In this document: positions 10,388-21,029 of the stretch, piece after piece
Position numbering within the stretch: the first letter of the stretch is position 1
Layout of the letters: every line of letters starts with the position of its first letter
Source: an uncultured Thermoplasmatales archaeon
GTDB taxonomy: Archaea; Thermoplasmatota; SW-10-69-26
Reading direction: 5' to 3'
Length of the DNA: 64,000 nucleotides
Assembly (NCBI GenBank): GCA_964396185.1
Contig: CAYNEI010000005.1
Coordinates: forward strand, 19,842-83,841
Notes under the pieces: generated by a model
The model's database searches: none
What the model was told of the DNA's origin: nothing
Seen by the model: the letters and a program-made list of their open reading frames with translations, nothing else
Translations under genes and position numbers: made by a program

Positions 10388-13300
10388 GGGGTCGACACGC
10401 CTCCTTGGCCTTCATGAACTTGACGTAGTGGCTTCGATTCACGGGCCGCTGACTGTAGTCGCAGACCTCGAAGAGCTGGGCGAGCCGGGTCGCGGGTCGG
10501 CTGCCGCCCAGGGCACGGGCGAGCTCGTGGGGTGTCGCATCCGGCCCACAGAGGCCCTGCTTGGTCGAGGTCTCGAGCAGATCCCGGTACTCTCGGTCGA
10601 TCTCCTCGCGGTAGTCCACGAGCCGGAGCTCCAGGCTCGCCCGAGCGGGTCGTCGATCCCCATCCCCGTCGAAGCGGGCCTCGTACGTGACCGATCCCTC
10701 CAGGGCGGGGATCGCAAGCGTGGCCTTGCCTGCTTCGTCAAGGTGGACCGTGGCGGTCCCGTGGGGACCGGTGACCGTGACGTCACGGCCAGGGAGCGGT
10801 CGGCCGTGTTCGTCGTGGAGCTCTATGTGGAGCTTGGTGGGGGCTCCTGAGTGCCAGACGGGTGGTAAGGTGTGGCCTTGCGGACCGATGGCCAACGAGA
10901 TCGCGGGGCCAGGCGGTGCCGGCCGATCCTGGCGCTCGCGGCGAGCCCACAGGACCCCGCCAGCGGCCAGAGCGAGAGCCAGGAGCACGCCGAGCGTCCA
11001 CCACGGGAACGGTGCGGGCGTTAGCTGAGCGCTTGCGATCTCCGTGACGTCCCCCGTCGTCTCGGTCGCCAGGGCGCGCACACGGAGCTCGACGAGGCCC
11101 TCGGCCGAACCAGGCCGTTCGATCGTCACCAAGGCCGAGCCATCGGCGGCCGTGCGAGCGTGCTCCGTGGCCGTGAACGCGCCGTCGGCCTCGATGGAGA
11201 GCGGGATGCCCGACAGGGCACCCCCTGAGAGCCCAGTGGCCTGGATCGCCAGGCGCACAGGTGCCCCATCGGTCCCAGGCTCCAGGACCTGGACCTCCAG
11301 CGAGGGCCGGTCGCGTACCTGGAGAGGATGGCTCTCCAGCAGGTTGTAGCCCGGCAGGTCGAGTTCGATGTCGTGCTCGCCCGGCTCCAGGCTCTCAGGG
11401 AGCGTGAGCGTGGTCTGGGCTCCTCCCTCTTTGTCCGTGACAGCGCTGGCCGTGAACCCAGGCCCGCGCAGGGTGACGGGTTGGTTGGCGAGAGGTTGGT
11501 CCCCGACGGCCAGGGTGACGTTGAGCTCGCTCGTGCGTCCAGCTGTGGCCACAAGCGGGGAGCCAATGGTCAGGTGACCCGTCTCGATGGGGACGGTTCG
11601 GGTGTCTCGTGTGACCAGGGAGTTGCCAGGCGTCGAGAGCCTTAGCTCCCAGCTCCCCTCCTGCGTGAGGGGGATGCCGAGCTCCACTCTCCCCTGTTCG
11701 TCGGTGATGCCCTGGGATCGCTCGCCGCTCGGCGTCGTCGCGACCACCTGCAACCCCGCTAGAGACCCTCCCTGCTCGGTCGTGGCGTGGACCTCCAGAG
11801 GCAGGGTCCCCCCAAGGGGGGCAGGATCAAGCGGTGGGGTCTCGAGGATCGTCTGGGCGGTGACGGTCAAGACAACGTTGTGCTGCGCGCCGATCTCGTC
11901 CGTGCGAAGCTCCAGGGTGTAGTTGCCGACCTCAAGCGTACCCGGGACCTCGAAGGTCAAACGGAAGGTCCCGTCCTCGGCCGTGCGCGCCGATGACGTG
12001 CCGCCCTCGTACGCGCTGGCCACGGTCATCTTCGAGGCAGGCTTCCCATCGACGATGACGGTACCCTCGATGGCGGCTTGCGTGCCCCTGGCCACTACGA
12101 GGGTTGGGTGAGCCTCGATGCGGGCTTCGACCGCCTCGATGTGGTCGGTGGCCCGGGCGGATGCGATGTGGTCGGTTCCGTCGAACCAGGCGTCCACGGT
12201 CCAGTTCCCTGGGAAGGGAAGCCCGTCGTTGAGCACCGCGAAGGCTTGGCCGGTGTCGTCGGTGGTTTCGGCGAACCGGTGGGGCGTCCCTTGGATGTGC
12301 AGGTGGACGGTCTGGCCCGGGATCGGGGCCCCGTGTTCGTCCACCAGACGGGCCTGGAGGGCCAGGGGGACCCGGATGCCTGCGACCTCGGGGAGATCCA
12401 GTTCGAGACGCGCGTCGCTGCGCACCCCTACGATCGGGTCGCTCCACGCTTCGCGCAGGGGAGGGTCGCCGTCCGGGACGGGGTGGGCGCGGGCGACGAT
12501 GTGGTAGGGCTGGGTGGGCCGGTGCGTCTCGATCCTCGCTGTCGCGTCGAAGCGACCATCGGGACCGGTCTCGACGTTCCCTAGGTTGATCTCGAACCCG
12601 GGGCGTTGCTTCGTGCGGTTGGCGAAGAGGGTGATCGGGTGACCCTGGCTGGGCTCACCATCCGGCAGGTGCACCGTTCCCCGGACTTGGAAGGGGCGAC
12701 CTTTCTCGATGGCATCGGGGACGTGGGTCACGTTGATCACCGGCTTGGCGGTCCTGGAGCTCGCACGGTCCACGCCCTGGCCACCGGCTCGCGTCCCATC
12801 CGCGAGCAGATCACCGAGGGCGTCAGGATCGATGGACCCGTTGGCCGCGCCTCGCACGAGCGTGTTCACCGGGAGCTCCAATTCCTGCGGGGTGATGGAC
12901 GCATCCTCGATGGGGATCGCGCCTGGGAAGACGATCGTGCTGCCAGCGCCCAGCGGGACCTGGGTGGGGGCGTGCATGGTGATCGGAGCCAGGGTCACTT
13001 GGCCACCGGCAGGGACCTCGGCGGTGGTCCCGGCGGGGACGGGGCCCATGGGCAGGTCCACTTGGTCGTCCTGGCCCAACAGCACCCGGGTCTCGGACGG
13101 TGCAGCCAGTTGCTGCTCGCCGCTCTCGATCAGACAGCCCCCGTCGCAGACGAGCTCTCCCGGCCGATGCGTCCCCTCTGTTAGGAACGTGAGGGTTGCG
13201 TCCTGGAGGAGTGGGATCGGTGAGACCCGGATCGTGTCCCCCGTCTCGAGGTCGACCCTCCCGGGTCCATCGAGCAGGAGGGTGTTGCCCTGGCTGCGAT

Positions 13301-13517
13301 GGTCGCTCAACGCGCCTATGGCCGGATCGAGAAGCGTGAACTCTCGGATGGGTAGCCCTGGAGCCCCACTGTCCGGAGGCGTGAGCTCGATCCGCGGCTC
13401 GCGCCGGGTGGCATCCACGACCTCCTCCCGCACTTCGGTGATCAGCGCCGTCGAGACCCCCAGCATGCCTGATAAGAGCAGGAAAGCTGCTGTAAGCTCG
13501 AGGACACGCCGGGCCAC
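10365..13517 (-). CDS. Large membrane-anchored protein with Ig-like/carboxypeptidase-regulatory-like repeats and a DUF4129-like C-terminus
   Basis: N-terminal hydrophobic segment, repeated G.P..G..V....TD..G beta-rich units, TM near residue 840, C-terminal TPHELARAL...LAQLFEVCDYS. Confidence 0.7.
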   Translation of the reverse strand: MARRVLELTAAFLLLSGMLGVSTALITEVREEVVDATRREPRIELTPPDSGAPGLPIREFTLLDPAIGALSDHRSQGNTLLLDGPGRVDLETGDTIRVSPIPLLQDATLTFLTEGTHRPGELVCDGGCLIESGEQQLAAPSETRVLLGQDDQVDLPMGPVPAGTTAEVPAGGQVTLAPITMHAPTQVPLGAGSTIVFPGAIPIEDASITPQELELPVNTLVRGAANGSIDPDALGDLLADGTRAGGQGVDRASSRTAKPVINVTHVPDAIEKGRPFQVRGTVHLPDGEPSQGHPITLFANRTKQRPGFEINLGNVETGPDGRFDATARIETHRPTQPYHIVARAHPVPDGDPPLREAWSDPIVGVRSDARLELDLPEVAGIRVPLALQARLVDEHGAPIPGQTVHLHIQGTPHRFAETTDDTGQAFAVLNDGLPFPGNWTVDAWFDGTDHIASARATDHIEAVEARIEAHPTLVVARGTQAAIEGTVIVDGKPASKMTVASAYEGGTSSARTAEDGTFRLTFEVPGTLEVGNYTLELRTDEIGAQHNVVLTVTAQTILETPPLDPAPLGGTLPLEVHATTEQGGSLAGLQVVATTPSGERSQGITDEQGRVELGIPLTQEGSWELRLSTPGNSLVTRDTRTVPIETGHLTIGSPLVATAGRTSELNVTLAVGDQPLANQPVTLRGPGFTASAVTDKEGGAQTTLTLPESLEPGEHDIELDLPGYNLLESHPLQVRDRPSLEVQVLEPGTDGAPVRLAIQATGLSGGALSGIPLSIEADGAFTATEHARTAADGSALVTIERPGSAEGLVELRVRALATETTGDVTEIASAQLTPAPFPWWTLGVLLALALAAGGVLWARRERQDRPAPPGPAISLAIGPQGHTLPPVWHSGAPTKLHIELHDEHGRPLPGRDVTVTGPHGTATVHLDEAGKATLAIPALEGSVTYEARFDGDGDRRPARASLELRLVDYREEIDREYRDLLETSTKQGLCGPDATPHELARALGGSRPATRLAQLFEVCDYSQRPVNRSHYVKFMKAKEACRPHGGPRPG

Positions 13518-13636
13518 GACCCCAAGTTCCCGTGGGGGAGCATAAAGCTTGACCTACAGGGTGAGCCCAGGGGCGTCCGCCGTGCGCAGAGGCGACAAGG
13601 ATTTACACGTTAGCTGCGGTGCCGGCCACCCCAGAC

Positions 13637-13721
13637 GCGGAGGTAGCATAGTCTGGCCAACTGCGGCGGACTCAAGATCCGCTCCCGTAGGGGTTCGCAG
13701 GTTCGAATCCTGCCCTCCGCA
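13637..13721 (+). tRNA. tRNA-Leu(CAA)
   Basis: Acceptor stem GCGGAGG/CCTCCGC+A, anticodon arm GCGGA-CTCAAGA-TCCGC, long variable arm, T arm GCAGG-TTCGAAT-CCTGC. Confidence 0.95.
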
Positions 13722-13930
13722 CTCAGCTTTCTCCCCCATAGCGCAAGCTGAGTGCGGAGGGCAGGTTCGCCCGAGGCCTGGCGGCCTCGGGCTCGCTCGG
13801 CATCCTCCGGAGGCCTCACAGCAGCACGAGCCGTCGCGCCCGCGCCACGGTGGGATCTGGCGCGACCGTTCGTGCAGATCTGGAGGTTGGGCGCCCTTCG
13901 CCACGTTGGGGGTCGGGCGCCCAACCTCCA
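13709..13930. repeat. Cluster of four stacked inverted repeats after tRNA-Leu
   Basis: 21-bp arms 13709-13729/13745-13765; 10-bp arms 13769-13778/13783-13792; 17-bp arms (2 mismatches) 13824-13840/13859-13875; 16-bp arms 13881-13896/13915-13930. Confidence 0.85.
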
Positions 13931-13981
13931 CTACAACACCGTACCAATCCATTCAAACCACACCTCCGCATTGCACGCCTC

Positions 13982-15340
13982 GTGCACATCGTCATCGGGG
14001 GGGCTGGCGAGGTCGGCCGCAAGATCGCGGAGTTCTTGCGCAACGATGGCCACGACATCGTGTTGCTGGACAAGGAGCCGGAGGCGTGTGACCGCGCCAG
14101 CAACCAGCTTGATTGCTTGGTCGTGGAGGGGCACGCGGCCTCGTCTGCGGATCTCAAGCGCGCTGGCATCGGCAAGGCCGACGTCTTCTACGCGGTGACA
14201 AGCCAGGACGAGGTCAACCTGACCGCTGCCGCCATCGCGAAGAGCCATGGTGCCAAGCGGGTGTTCGCTCGGGTAAACTCCTTGGATCTGATGAGTACGG
14301 CGGAGTCCAAGGAGTTCCGGCCCATCGGCGTGGATATCGCTGTGTCGCCGGACCTCGTGGCCGCTGCGAAGATCGTGCGCCTGATCGAGCTCCCTGGGTT
14401 CCTCGAGATCGATGCTTTCGAGGCCAGCGGGTTGCGCGTCGTGGAGGCGCGTGTCGACCCAGGCAGCTCAGCGGCTGGCCGGCGAGTGAGCGAGCTTGAC
14501 TTGCCTAAGGCAGCCAACCTGGTGGCGCTTTTCCGAGGCGCGGAGGTCATCATCCCCCGCGGAGACAGCGTCATCCACCACGGCGACCACGTCATCCTCG
14601 TCGCTGGGGAAGAGGGGGTCATGGACGGGCTCCGTCGTGTCTTCGGCATCGCGGCAGCCGTACGTGAGGAACGAGGGCCACCGGAGAACATCGTCATCGC
14701 TGGGCGCTCCGGGATCGCCAAGCACGTCGCCCGCATGCTCCAGCGCGACGGTCGCAGGGTCACGCTGATCGCTCAGGCGGGTCACCACGAGGAGATCGAG
14801 CAACTGGCCGCCGACATGGAGGGCATCCTGGTGCTTGAGGGCTCCTCGAGGGACGTGCGCGTGTTCCGCGAGGAGGGCTTGGACGAGGCTGACGTCGTCA
14901 TCGCCGCCAGCCCCCACGAGGAGTTCAACTTGATCACGGCCCTGCTCGCCCGTTCCATGGGCGTGCCCCGCGTGGCCGCCCTGGTGAACCAACCGGAGCT
15001 CGAGGATCTGGCTGAACGGTTGGGGATCGATGTCGCCGTCTCACCGCGCATGGCCGCCGTGAGCACGCTGCTCAAGTACGCCTCCGGCCTGGATCCAGAG
15101 GAGCTCACCTTCCTCCACCACGGGGAAGCCCAGGTTCTCGTCGTCGAGGCCGAGGAAGGCAACAAGATCACTGGGATGATGCTTCGAGATGCGAAGATGC
15201 CTCAAGGGTCGGTCGTGGGCGCCCTCATCCGAGAGGGCGAGGCGATCGTCCCGCGGGGCGATGAACGGATCCGGGACGGGGACAGCCTCGTGGTGTTCGC
15301 GACAGCCAAGGCGGTTCCCGACCTCTCCGAGTTGTTCTGA
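13982..15340 (+). CDS. trkA: Trk system potassium uptake protein TrkA
   Basis: GTG start, (M)HIVIGGAGEVG Rossmann motif, two RCK_N/RCK_C pairs, adjacent to trkH. Confidence 0.9.
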   Translation: MHIVIGGAGEVGRKIAEFLRNDGHDIVLLDKEPEACDRASNQLDCLVVEGHAASSADLKRAGIGKADVFYAVTSQDEVNLTAAAIAKSHGAKRVFARVNSLDLMSTAESKEFRPIGVDIAVSPDLVAAAKIVRLIELPGFLEIDAFEASGLRVVEARVDPGSSAAGRRVSELDLPKAANLVALFRGAEVIIPRGDSVIHHGDHVILVAGEEGVMDGLRRVFGIAAAVREERGPPENIVIAGRSGIAKHVARMLQRDGRRVTLIAQAGHHEEIEQLAADMEGILVLEGSSRDVRVFREEGLDEADVVIAASPHEEFNLITALLARSMGVPRVAALVNQPELEDLAERLGIDVAVSPRMAAVSTLLKYASGLDPEELTFLHHGEAQVLVVEAEEGNKITGMMLRDAKMPQGSVVGALIREGEAIVPRGDERIRDGDSLVVFATAKAVPDLSELF

Positions 15341-15346
15341 GGGCCT

Positions 15347-16879
15347 ATGAACTGGCGCATCATCATCGGGAACCTCGGCACGATCCTGCGGCTCTTCTCG
15401 CTCACGCTGCTCGTGCCCTTGCTCCTGGGCCTCGTGCTCGAGCCCCGAACCACGGCTACGCCTGTGGGCGTCAACGTCGCCGGAACGACGAGTGCCTTCG
15501 CCTACACGTTCCTCGCCACGCTCGTGATCGGCTTCCTGCTGGAACGCATCGGCCTCTCAGCGGACTTCCGGGACCGGGAAGCCTACGTTCTCGTGGGCGT
15601 CGGCTGGATGGCCTGCACCTTCGTGGCAGCCACACCCTACATGCTCACCGGCGTGCTCACGAACCCGGCCGATGCCTTCTTCGAGGCCATGAGCGGGCTC
15701 ACCACCACCGGTGCCACGGTCATCGATGTCCCACTCGAGGGTCTCCCCGCGGGCGTGCACGTCTGGCGGGCACTGACCCAGTGGCTAGGTGGGATGGGCA
15801 TCGTGGTGCTGACCGTCGCCGTGGTCTCACGCCTAGCCTCGGCTGGCGCCCGGCTCATGCAAGCCGAGTTACCCGGCGGCAAAGTGGACCGCGTGCGACC
15901 CGGCATCATCCAAACCGCTCGCTCCCTCTGGAGGGTCTATGCGCGGCTCTCACTGGCGCTCTTCGTGATCCTCTTCGCCCTCATCTACAAGCAGTTCGGG
16001 AGCTTCCAGGTCGCAGGCTTAGACGCCATCGTGCACACCTTCACGACCATGTCCACCGGCGGGTTCTCCACACGCTCTCTGAGCATCGAGGCCTTCCAGA
16101 ACCCGTGGATCGAGTGGACCATCATCGTCTTCATGGTCCTGGCCGGGACCAATTTCGCGCTGAGCTACCGCGCGCTCATGGGGCGGCCGTCCAGTCTCTT
16201 CGGTGACGACGAGTTCCGCTTCTTCCTGACGATCCTCGGCGGGGGAGCCGTGCTCGTCACGAGCATCCTGCTCCTGGGCAACAGCTCCTCTGGGTTCTGG
16301 GGGGAACACGGAGGCCGCAGCTTCTGGACCTCGCTCCGGTTGGCCGCCTTCCAGACCGTCAGTCTCGTCACCACCACCGGGTACTCCACGGCCAACTTCG
16401 ACGCCTTCCCCGAGGTCGCCCGCTTCCTGGCGATCTTCGCCATGTTCATCGGCGGCTCCACCGGGTCGACGGGCGGCTCGATCAAGGTCGCCCGTATCCT
16501 CATCCTCTTCCGCATGCTCAAGGCAGAGCTGCGTCGCATCGCGCACCCGCGAGCCGTCATCCCCATCCGGATCGGCCGCGAGGTCGTTGGAGCGCTCACG
16601 CTGCAGCGCGTCACCGTCTTCATCTTCGCCTACCTGACGCTTTTCATCGCGGGCACCATCGCCTTCCTGGCCCTCGAGCCGGTCTCCGTGCTGGACGGCG
16701 CATCCGCCGTGGCCGCCTGCATCGGCAACATCGGGCCAGCCCTGGGTGCCTTCGGTCCTCACGTCGGCTATGCTAGCGTGGGTGAGCCGGGCACGGTCCT
16801 GCTCGCGCTGCTCATGTGGGTGGGTCGTCTCGAGCTCTTCGCGGTGCTCGTGCTCTTCTCGCCTGAGACGTACCGATGA
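15347..16879 (+). CDS. trkH: Trk system potassium uptake membrane protein TrkH
   Basis: FEAMSGLTTTGAT, QWLGGMGI, STGGFS, TTTGY, GSTGGSIK and GNIGP pore-loop motifs, WVGRLE. Confidence 0.93.
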   Translation: MNWRIIIGNLGTILRLFSLTLLVPLLLGLVLEPRTTATPVGVNVAGTTSAFAYTFLATLVIGFLLERIGLSADFRDREAYVLVGVGWMACTFVAATPYMLTGVLTNPADAFFEAMSGLTTTGATVIDVPLEGLPAGVHVWRALTQWLGGMGIVVLTVAVVSRLASAGARLMQAELPGGKVDRVRPGIIQTARSLWRVYARLSLALFVILFALIYKQFGSFQVAGLDAIVHTFTTMSTGGFSTRSLSIEAFQNPWIEWTIIVFMVLAGTNFALSYRALMGRPSSLFGDDEFRFFLTILGGGAVLVTSILLLGNSSSGFWGEHGGRSFWTSLRLAAFQTVSLVTTTGYSTANFDAFPEVARFLAIFAMFIGGSTGSTGGSIKVARILILFRMLKAELRRIAHPRAVIPIRIGREVVGALTLQRVTVFIFAYLTLFIAGTIAFLALEPVSVLDGASAVAACIGNIGPALGAFGPHVGYASVGEPGTVLLALLMWVGRLELFAVLVLFSPETYR

Positions 16880-17030
16880 GGGGCGCGCGCAACGGACCGG
16901 TCCCACGGGCCGCTAACGTCTGTTTGAATGGGTTAGAAAGCTTGCTACCTGCTTGTCCCCGCCAGCCTCTGTCTTGCGAGCCGCAGGCTCGCAAAGTTAC
17001 GAACGAGGGCCTGTAGGCCCCGAGTGAGAA

Positions 17031-17112
17031 GGATGTGGAAGGGAGCTGGCCTCACTAGGAGGGGATGGGATGCACTTACCTAAGGACACCAGCCGGGCCC
17101 TTCCACAACATC
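17031..17112 (-). ncRNA. Candidate structured small RNA (long hairpin with a C-rich loop)
   Basis: TATA-like AAATATAT on the minus strand at 17130-17137. Nested stems TGTGGAAGGG/CCCTTCCACA, GCTGG/CCAGC and TAGG/CCTA. No credible ORF. Confidence 0.5.
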
Positions 17113-17183
17113 ACATACACGGGACCCTCATATATTTGCTTTACGAACCGGGACCTTGGGTGAATCCGGGGCCGAGTCCAGGC

Positions 17184-17405
17184 TCAAGCATCGGTGAGGA
17201 CCATGGAAACGACGTTGTTGCCCCGGAGAACCACGGTCCCTAAGCGCCGGGCAGCGTCGTTGTGACGCTCCTCGGTCTCCTCAAGCACGATGTTCATGTA
17301 CTGATCGTAGCCCACGAACTCTCCCTCGAGGTGGCGGCCGTCCTTGAGGATCAGGCGCATCCGCTTGTCGAGGTTCTTCTCGAGGACGTCCAGAGGCAGG
17401 ACCAT
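17184..17405 (-). CDS. Archaeal Sm/Lsm protein (SmAP1)
   Basis: Sm1 motif LKDGRHLEGEFVGYDQYMNIVL and Sm2 motif LGTVVLRGNNV. Confidence 0.93.
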   Translation of the reverse strand: MVLPLDVLEKNLDKRMRLILKDGRHLEGEFVGYDQYMNIVLEETEERHNDAARRLGTVVLRGNNVVSMVLTDA

Positions 17406-17425
17406 GGCGGCGGAAGGGAGCTCCG

Positions 17426-17434
17426 ATATATAAG
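17426..17434 (-). promoter_or_regulatory. TATA box for the lsm gene (probably a leaderless transcript)
   Basis: CTTATATAT on the minus strand, about 21-28 nt upstream of ATG 17405. Confidence 0.6.
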
Positions 17435-17473
17435 GTTGGAGCGGTCCCGCTGCTGGGCTCGACCCGGAGCGGT

Positions 17474-17854
17474 TCAGCCTTGGGTGCGCGCGGCCCAGAG
17501 GTCCTCGGGGAGCTCCTCGTAGATGGAGTCCGGCTCGTCCTTTCGAGCCATGCGCTCCCGGAACTGCTCAGCGTAGCCAAGGATGCGGTCCTTGCGGAAG
17601 AGCCAGTAGTGGGTTCGCCACTCGCGGCCATCGTACAGGGTCGTCTCCTCGCGCTCGGTGGTCAGCAAGCCCCACTCCTCGAGCATGTAGAAGAGTTGTC
17701 GGTCCTCGGGCTCGAGGACGTTGTCGATGATCCGGTCGTTGAAGCCGAAGATGTCCATCACGAACTCGGCATCCCGGGAAGCCTCCGAGGGATGGAGGCC
17801 TGTCTTCTCCTCGATCGCGGATGAAAGATCTTCAACGGTGATGATGTCGACCAT
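17474..17854 (-). CDS. DUF6015-like conserved protein (Thermoplasmatota-type)
   Basis: FGFNDRIIDNVLEPEDRQLFYMLEEWGLLTTEREETTLYDGREWRTHYW, recognised from memory of the family. Confidence 0.7.
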   Translation of the reverse strand: MVDIITVEDLSSAIEEKTGLHPSEASRDAEFVMDIFGFNDRIIDNVLEPEDRQLFYMLEEWGLLTTEREETTLYDGREWRTHYWLFRKDRILGYAEQFRERMARKDEPDSIYEELPEDLWAARTQG

Positions 17855-17984
17855 GGGGCTCCCACCACATCGCGGGCCGTGCCCGCAGGGTTAATGTCCT
17901 ACCTCAGGGTCTATATAAGTTTCGTGTGTCAGCGTCACAGGGACAGGGGTTGGGCGGCCCTCAGACGGCACAGCGGCGCTGACC

Positions 17985-17991
17985 TTTTATA
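17985..17991 (+). promoter_or_regulatory. TATA box for rps8e (probably leaderless)
   Basis: TTTTATA ending 25 nt before ATG 18016. Confidence 0.65.
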
Positions 17992-18015
17992 GGGGTTCCG
18001 TGGTGGTCTGGAGCG

Positions 18016-18396
18016 ATGGCTCGCTGGCACGGTAAGTCCGAGAGGAAACCGAGCGGTGGTCGCCGCATCCGGCATCGCGGCAAGCGCCGCTCCGAGATGG
18101 GCAACGACACCCAACCGACGATGATCGGTGAAGAGAAGCGACAGCACGTCCGCGCCCGCGGCGGCGAGACGAAGGTCCGCGCGCTACGCACCAACATCGC
18201 CAACGTGACCGACCCCAGCACCGGCGAGACCGTGCGGGCCGAGATCAAGACCGTCTCCAAGAACGAAGCCAACGTCCACTACGTGCGGCGCAACTTCGTG
18301 ACCAAGGGCGCGATCATCGAGACCGACAAGGGCAAGGCCCGTGTCACCTCACGCCCTGGCCAGACCGGCCAGGTCAACGCTGTGCTCGTGGACTGA
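18016..18396 (+). CDS. rps8e: 30S ribosomal protein S8e
   Basis: RKPSGGR..., NEANVHYVRRNFVTKGAIIET, ARVTSRPGQTGQVNA. Confidence 0.95.
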   Translation: MARWHGKSERKPSGGRRIRHRGKRRSEMGNDTQPTMIGEEKRQHVRARGGETKVRALRTNIANVTDPSTGETVRAEIKTVSKNEANVHYVRRNFVTKGAIIETDKGKARVTSRPGQTGQVNAVLVD

Positions 18397-18405
18397 TCCC
18401 CGCCC

Positions 18406-18696
18406 ATGGTCACCCGGGACGACGGGAAGTACGTCCTCTACCCGGTCTACTTCGACCAGCGCCAGCCAAGACCCCTGCGCCGCGTGCCAACAGAGCTCTC
18501 CGTGCCAGCCCCGACGGCAGAGCAGGTGGCCAAAGCTTGCGCCCAGCTCCGGTTGAAGCCGGTGCTCGAGAAAGGCAAGCACCACCCGGCCCGATGGCAC
18601 GAGCGGGGGGGCCGCGTGCTCGTGCCTGTGCGTGGCTCCAAGGAGGTCCTCATGCGTCAGATCGGCGAGGAGCTCATCCGCGCCCGATCCGACTAA
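18406..18696 (+). CDS. srp19: Signal recognition particle protein SRP19
   Basis: VLYPVYFD...RRVP, KHHPARW...GRVLV motifs. Confidence 0.88.
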   Translation: MVTRDDGKYVLYPVYFDQRQPRPLRRVPTELSVPAPTAEQVAKACAQLRLKPVLEKGKHHPARWHERGGRVLVPVRGSKEVLMRQIGEELIRARSD

Positions 18697-18961
18697 GAAC
18701 TTCCCATTCGTGGAATGGAACCATTATCTCGTCCCCGATGTTGAAGCCGTGAGCGCTCAACATCTCCTCGGTGACAATGATTCCGAGCGTGCGCCCACCG
18801 AACATCTCGTTAAGGGGGCGCTCACACCGGGGGCCGCCTTCAATCAGGCGCACGTTGAGCACGGTGCCAGCTTCCCACGCGAAGAGCTTACAAAGCGTGG
18901 CCGGGACGGTGAGAGCGGCTGAATTGCCGAGCTGCGTAATCTTCGACTCGATTGGTCGCAT
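18674..18961 (-). CDS. Small protein with two AbrB/MazE/SpoVT-like swapped-hairpin repeats
   Basis: KITQLGNSAALTVPATLCKLFAWEAGTVLNV and FGGRTLGIIVTEEMLSAHGFNIGDEIMV; lies in a lower-GC segment. Confidence 0.55.
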   Translation of the reverse strand: MRPIESKITQLGNSAALTVPATLCKLFAWEAGTVLNVRLIEGGPRCERPLNEMFGGRTLGIIVTEEMLSAHGFNIGDEIMVPFHEWEVLSRIGRG

Positions 18962-19176
18962 ACGAGTCCTACGATGGGCACGTTAGTGGAGTATTTGCAA
19001 CCTCCTAGCGCGCCCATAGGACTTCCTCCATGGGGGGAATACTCGATTGGTCTTCCTTTTGCTCTCGGTGAGTCCGTGCTAGACCGTTCACCTATTCAGG
19101 GGTGAGACGCCGCAAAAAATTGCGCACCGCTACAAACGCCCGCACTCACTAACCTGGTTGAACGGCTGTAGGCGGG

Positions 19177-20841
<1,665 letters not shown>

Positions 20842-21029
20842 GGGCTCACCCGGTGTGCAGCATGAACCTCGTGACTCGTTTATAGGTTGCCCGTCGACCC
20901 GGGCGGCCTCCTGGCGAACCAGGGTGTCCCCACTCCAGTGACAACCTTCGCGTTATGGGCTCGATGACCGGTGCCAGACGTGGCTTGGCCTGGCCGTCCA
21001 TCCAGCCGATGGACCCCGGGGGCGACGAC

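Noticed and set aside
16900..17160. rpl37e, 5S rRNA, SRP RNA or an H/ACA RNA downstream of lsm
   Set aside because: No L37e zinc-finger ORF and no 5S or SRP motifs. The hairpin ends in ACA but lacks a clear K-turn and pseudouridylation pocket.
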